In this document: positions 52,656 through 56,761 of the stretch, piece by piece
Position numbering within the stretch: the stretch's first letter is position 1
Layout of the letters: each line of letters opens with the position of its first letter
From: Phoronis australis
Taxonomy: Eukaryota; Animalia; Phoronida
Reading direction: 5' to 3'
DNA length: 56,761 bases
Assembly (NCBI GenBank): GCA_002633005.1
Contig: NMRA01000002.1
Coordinates: 2,741,365-2,798,125, forward strand
Notes under the pieces: generated by a model
The model's input: only the letters and a program-made list of their open reading frames with translations
Databases searched by the model: none
Told to the model about the DNA's origin: nothing
Program-made: the position numbers and the translations under genes

Positions 52656-53155
52656 AGCCGCACTTACACGAGAGACAGTTGACCCGACGCAGCTAACACG
52701 GAATAGCTGCTCCAGTGCAAGTGTGTGTGTGGGAGGGTGGGGTGGGTGGGTGGTTGTGTGCGTGTGTGTGCGTGTGTGTGCGTGCGTGTGCGTGCGTGCG
52801 TGTGCGTGTGTGTGTGTGACACCAGTTTTTGATTCCAGATTAATAGGCAGAGCGAGTGTAACTCAGTTGCTCCAGTGCTAAGTACACGTCTAAATACAAC
52901 TGGGACAGGTCGGAAATGGATCATCTTCCATTGCGCCTGTGCAATAGCGTGTATTCGGGTGATCGCTGAGCTGGCATTCCACTTGGTTTAGTCATATGCT
53001 ACTGTTCATGCGAGCATACTCAGACAGTCTTCGTGTACGTGACTCGTGCTGATCCAGTTTCCGATCTAATGTCGTGTAAAAGCGACTTAAAGTGGAGCAT
53101 GTCGCGTAAGTAACAACTGACAATGGTGACAACTGTCTCTCGTGTAAAAGCGGCT
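52656..53155. mobile_element. PIF/Harbinger-type MITE with TAA target-site duplication
   Basis: TAA|AGCCGCACTTACACGAGAGACAGTTG ... CAACTGTCTCTCGTGTAAAAGCGGCT|TAA. Confidence 0.85.
52721..52818. repeat. Compound (GT)n/(GGGT)n/(GCGT)n microsatellite
   Basis: Read directly from the sequence; it lies inside the Harbinger MITE. Confidence 0.95.
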
Positions 53156-54990
53156 TAAATGTCTCCTGAGTCGTGTGCTTACGCAGCCCTTACGTGCTTC
53201 TGGGCAGAATCATTATTGGTGTGAAAGAACTCTGTAGTCAAAAGTCTTCTATTTTTACAGAAATGTATCCATTTCCTCAACTTCTTGTAGAATATAGATA
53301 GGTAAATAAAACAACAAGAATGGATCAACTGAAATTTTCGGATATAATAACATCCGTCGTCAACAGAAACAGAAATAAAGTGACGACATTTGCAACTGCT
53401 TCAGATTTATTTTCTACTTTATTTATCCTCAACTTCTTGGAAATTACCAGCGGAAATCTACGGTACTCTATCTTTTTTCCCGTATATAGGGATCTAAAAA
53501 TAGTCCTATTACGGCAAAGATCGAATATGTATTCGACAAAACGATAACCCACACTATTTGCTTTGTCGGGTAGCGGTTTAGAGATGTTTGTGGCAGGCAA
53601 TTGTCACGAGATACTAAATGCGTTTGTCGCATATCATTGATGTCACAGTACGCTGCTGAGCCGGGCATCCATGATATATTACAAATATTCTGGTGACAAA
53701 AACATAAATTTTCTTCACAGGTGCATTTGCTCTTTCAAAGCGACGTCGTGGCTGTGTTCAGTTCACAACTATATCGCGCGCAATTTCTGTGACGACATTT
53801 GCAACTGCAACTAACCCGCCGTGACAAGCAATTTAAAGAGCTTTATAGTGTGAAGCAATCGGGCTTCATTTGTCAGTTCTTCTCAAGCATAGAATCATAT
53901 ATAATCTGAGTAAGGAACTGTAACCGAGTTTATAACGGTTCGTGGCCAAGTTGCTCTTTTAAATAGTCTTCTCAAATCTGTGTATTGGATGTGACAATTG
54001 ACGTAAACAAACTGAGATCAGTTAAAGCTTCACATGATCTGTATGACGATATCTTTCGGAGTCCTCAGATTAGAATTTTGTCATCAACCAAATTCATCAG
54101 AAGCCAACGTGGTCCGTATACCAGTGTTCGTATTTGGAACTTTTTAGTTATTTTTTGGAAAAGAGACTGGATATAAAACCGCATGTTCGGTAATCTTTAT
54201 CAGTGTTGCGAACTTAACCTGGGCTCCCAAAGTTCAAACAACGGTTACCTGTCATTGTAATTGCCTACTCATTTTTACCCGCCATAAACAAGATGAAAAA
54301 TATACGCCCACAATTCGACATATTGTTTACTGGTATGTGACAAATTACTTTGTGAATCATGTTATGTATTATTGGGTTTCGGCGCTTATTTTAATGTGTG
54401 CATGCCACGTGTGTATTCTGTCGCAGGCAACATTCCAAAAAAAACGAACGCGAAGTGTGGCGTCAGAACTGAGTGTCAAAGCTGCCCGTCCGTTTACTAT
54501 GACTGGATTGCACAGTCCATTGTTTTGTTCAGATATATATGCCTGGTAATAATTTGTGTGTATTATCTACTTGTGCAGTTGTAAGGTCTGTCCATTTGGA
54601 AGTGTCAGGCTCGCTGTATTTTTAAAATGGTCTAATTGAAATGTTCATCCATTGTCGCCGTCTCATTTCTTTATTGTAGATAGCTTCGGATTTTAGCAAG
54701 AAATATTACTGTTTCATGTCTTTCTATTGATTACAATAGAAGTTGTACGCAAAGGTTAGTTCAATAATTATTTGAGCGTTAATTGTGGAGGTGGCCAGGA
54801 ATCTTCATCATTCATTGTTAAGGAGTTTGAGCTAAGTTCTTGCCTTCGGAAGTGTTCTATTATACTTAAAGTTAGAGAAGATAGCATCCTCGTTTAGCCT
54901 GGCTGCTAGGTATAAAGCCTAGTTGAAGTTTTACCTGACACATGGGGCTCTTCGTATTGTTTATGTAGTGACAACTGAAAAAGGGTATTG

Positions 54991-55297
54991 TTAAAGCTGC
55001 GTTTCGCCCCAGTGTTAAAGTGGTTAAAACGAAAATGGATTTGGCCCTTTTACTTACATAAAATCAGTCTCGTAATGTTCCATACAGCAATAAGATCCCA
55101 CTTATACCAAGTCAAGTCCTAGGCAATGCGTTTATGCGTCATTTTCGACTTGCAATTTTAGGGATTTCTTTGTGTCGCTGATGGTAGTAGCGGAAATAGA
55201 ATATGATCACGCTGAGGAATATTAAGAGGCTGATTTTAAGAATACAAAAAAGGCTTTTCGTCTTTGACCAGCTCATTGTGGTGAAACGCAGCTTTAA
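54991..55297. mobile_element. Non-autonomous element with TTAA target site (Kolobok-like)
   Basis: TTAA|AGCTGCGTTTCGCC ... GGTGAAACGCAGCT|TTAA. Purine-purine termini with a TTAA duplication fit Kolobok better than piggyBac. Confidence 0.75.
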
Positions 55298-56761
55298 TGC
55301 TTTGTACAGAGTTAGCACGACTCGGATGTCGTTAGTCACCTGACAACTGGAGCAAGTTAGATCAGTCCGGCGTTTTACTTGAATACCTCACTTACGAGTT
55401 TCTCGTTAGTCACTGTGACGTCACCGGAAAAGGGGCAAAACCCGCCATATTGTTCTTGTTTTGCCCCGGGTCTTTGCTACACACGCTAAAACTTACTGGG
55501 GTTCTTATGGTGAATTTTACGCTTAAAACGTTAAAACAACTTATGATATGGTAAATGGACCGTGGAATAACTGTGAATGGACGAAGAAAATGTGAACTTG
55601 TTATGTTGTGCGAAGCTGTGAACGGACTGAAATTGGAACTTAACCCGCTCTAGGCCTGAATGCCGCAGGCATATAGGGGCGATAGTGTATCCCCATAAAA
55701 AGATATTCACTTCAAAATACAGCAAATAAAATCAAATGAAACATGCATATGTGCACATGAAGTTATAATTAACAGATACCCTGACTCTGGACACAATTTA
55801 GTCTACAAATAACTTGAGCATATCCATGAAAACCTCGTGGTTCTCTCGAGTTTCTCTCACTGGCCGCCATTTTGAGGAAGTTACGTGAAATCACGCCTGT
55901 TGACGAACAAAAAGTACAAGGGACACAAATCTTACAAATTTCACTTGATATTTTCTCATGCTATTTTGCAAGTGTCACGCGCCAGATCTCGCGCTTCGCT
56001 CAGTCTCGCGCTAGCCTTTGCCTCATACTCTCCTGGCTCAGTTGAAATACTTAGTAATTGTGGTTATCGCGTGCGCGGACAAAGTTAACAGTAACCACAA
56101 AGTGGAGTTGGAATTCTTCGCCAAAGTCACCTGAATTTCCGTATATATGCTTCATCGAAGATATGTTTAGAAGCAGAAAGAGTCACTGAAGAAAGTAAGA
56201 GCCTTTTAGGTGCTAATTTTAGGTGTAGAATGTATTTTCGACGAGGTGAAAACTTTATCAGTGAGCGGATTTCGCCTTCCGCCCGTTTAAAATACACGGG
56301 ACGAAATTAGTACAGAACGCGATAGAACGTATTGTAGTGCGAATCTGAATTTCATTTGCCATAACAGCAATGCTTTTTGGACATTTTTCGAACTAAACGG
56401 CTAAAAACTCGAACAGAATACACTCTGCTACCGTATTGGGCAAATGACCAAACGACAAGCTTTTGCCCCACTTCCCGTGACGTCACAGTTAAGTCTCACA
56501 TAATCTCGCGTTATTGTTATAAACTCGCAAAAGGCCTATTACAATACCACCAGGGTGACTGAATTGTAATTCGTTACCTGGTGAACATTATTATTTTATT
56601 TACTTGTGATTCGAGTTGCGTGACAACCACTGCGGGAGTACTGTCTTCGGAAGATAGTGTTGGCACTGGGTGACGTTGTGTGTTTGTTACTCGGTAATTG
56701 ACGAGATTCCTTTTAAGCACTCGAGCACAGCAGTCCAATAAAATAACGCGGTGGAGTGAAA

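Noticed and set aside
53380-53808. 20-bp direct repeat GTGACGACATTTGCAACTGC at about 53380 and 53789
   Set aside because: Real but isolated; no element boundaries or function could be assigned.
1-56761. A novel multi-gene or prokaryote-like system
   Set aside because: There is only one intact gene. All other coding traces are frameshifted transposon relics with no operon-like organisation.

Overview
Eukaryotic (animal) genomic DNA, AT-rich, probably an invertebrate such as a lophotrochozoan (inferred from the repeat content, not proven). The one intact protein-coding gene I can support is a two-exon class A (rhodopsin-family) peptide-type GPCR on the + strand. Exon 1 is 29061-29494 and exon 2 is 46928-47666, giving 390 aa. 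They are joined across a 17.4-kb phase-2 GT-AG intron that splits the DRY motif. A compact candidate promoter (CRE, TATA, Inr) and two tiny uORFs lie upstream. The rest of the window is decayed mobile DNA: a hAT transposase interrupted by a foldback element, a DIRS-type retrotransposon, LINE fragments, THAP and Kolobok/Mutator-like transposase remnants, a tRNA-derived SINE, many MITEs (one nested), a long hairpin and mini/microsatellites. It also has assembly gaps and a probable haplotype-duplication artefact. Almost all other ORFs in the supplied track look spurious. I see no convincing new multi-gene system. The most interesting items are the orphan receptor (unusual Lys at 3.32) and the unclassified foldback/MITE families. 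Family assignments come from my recall of motifs, not from database searches, and boundaries of decayed elements are approximate.
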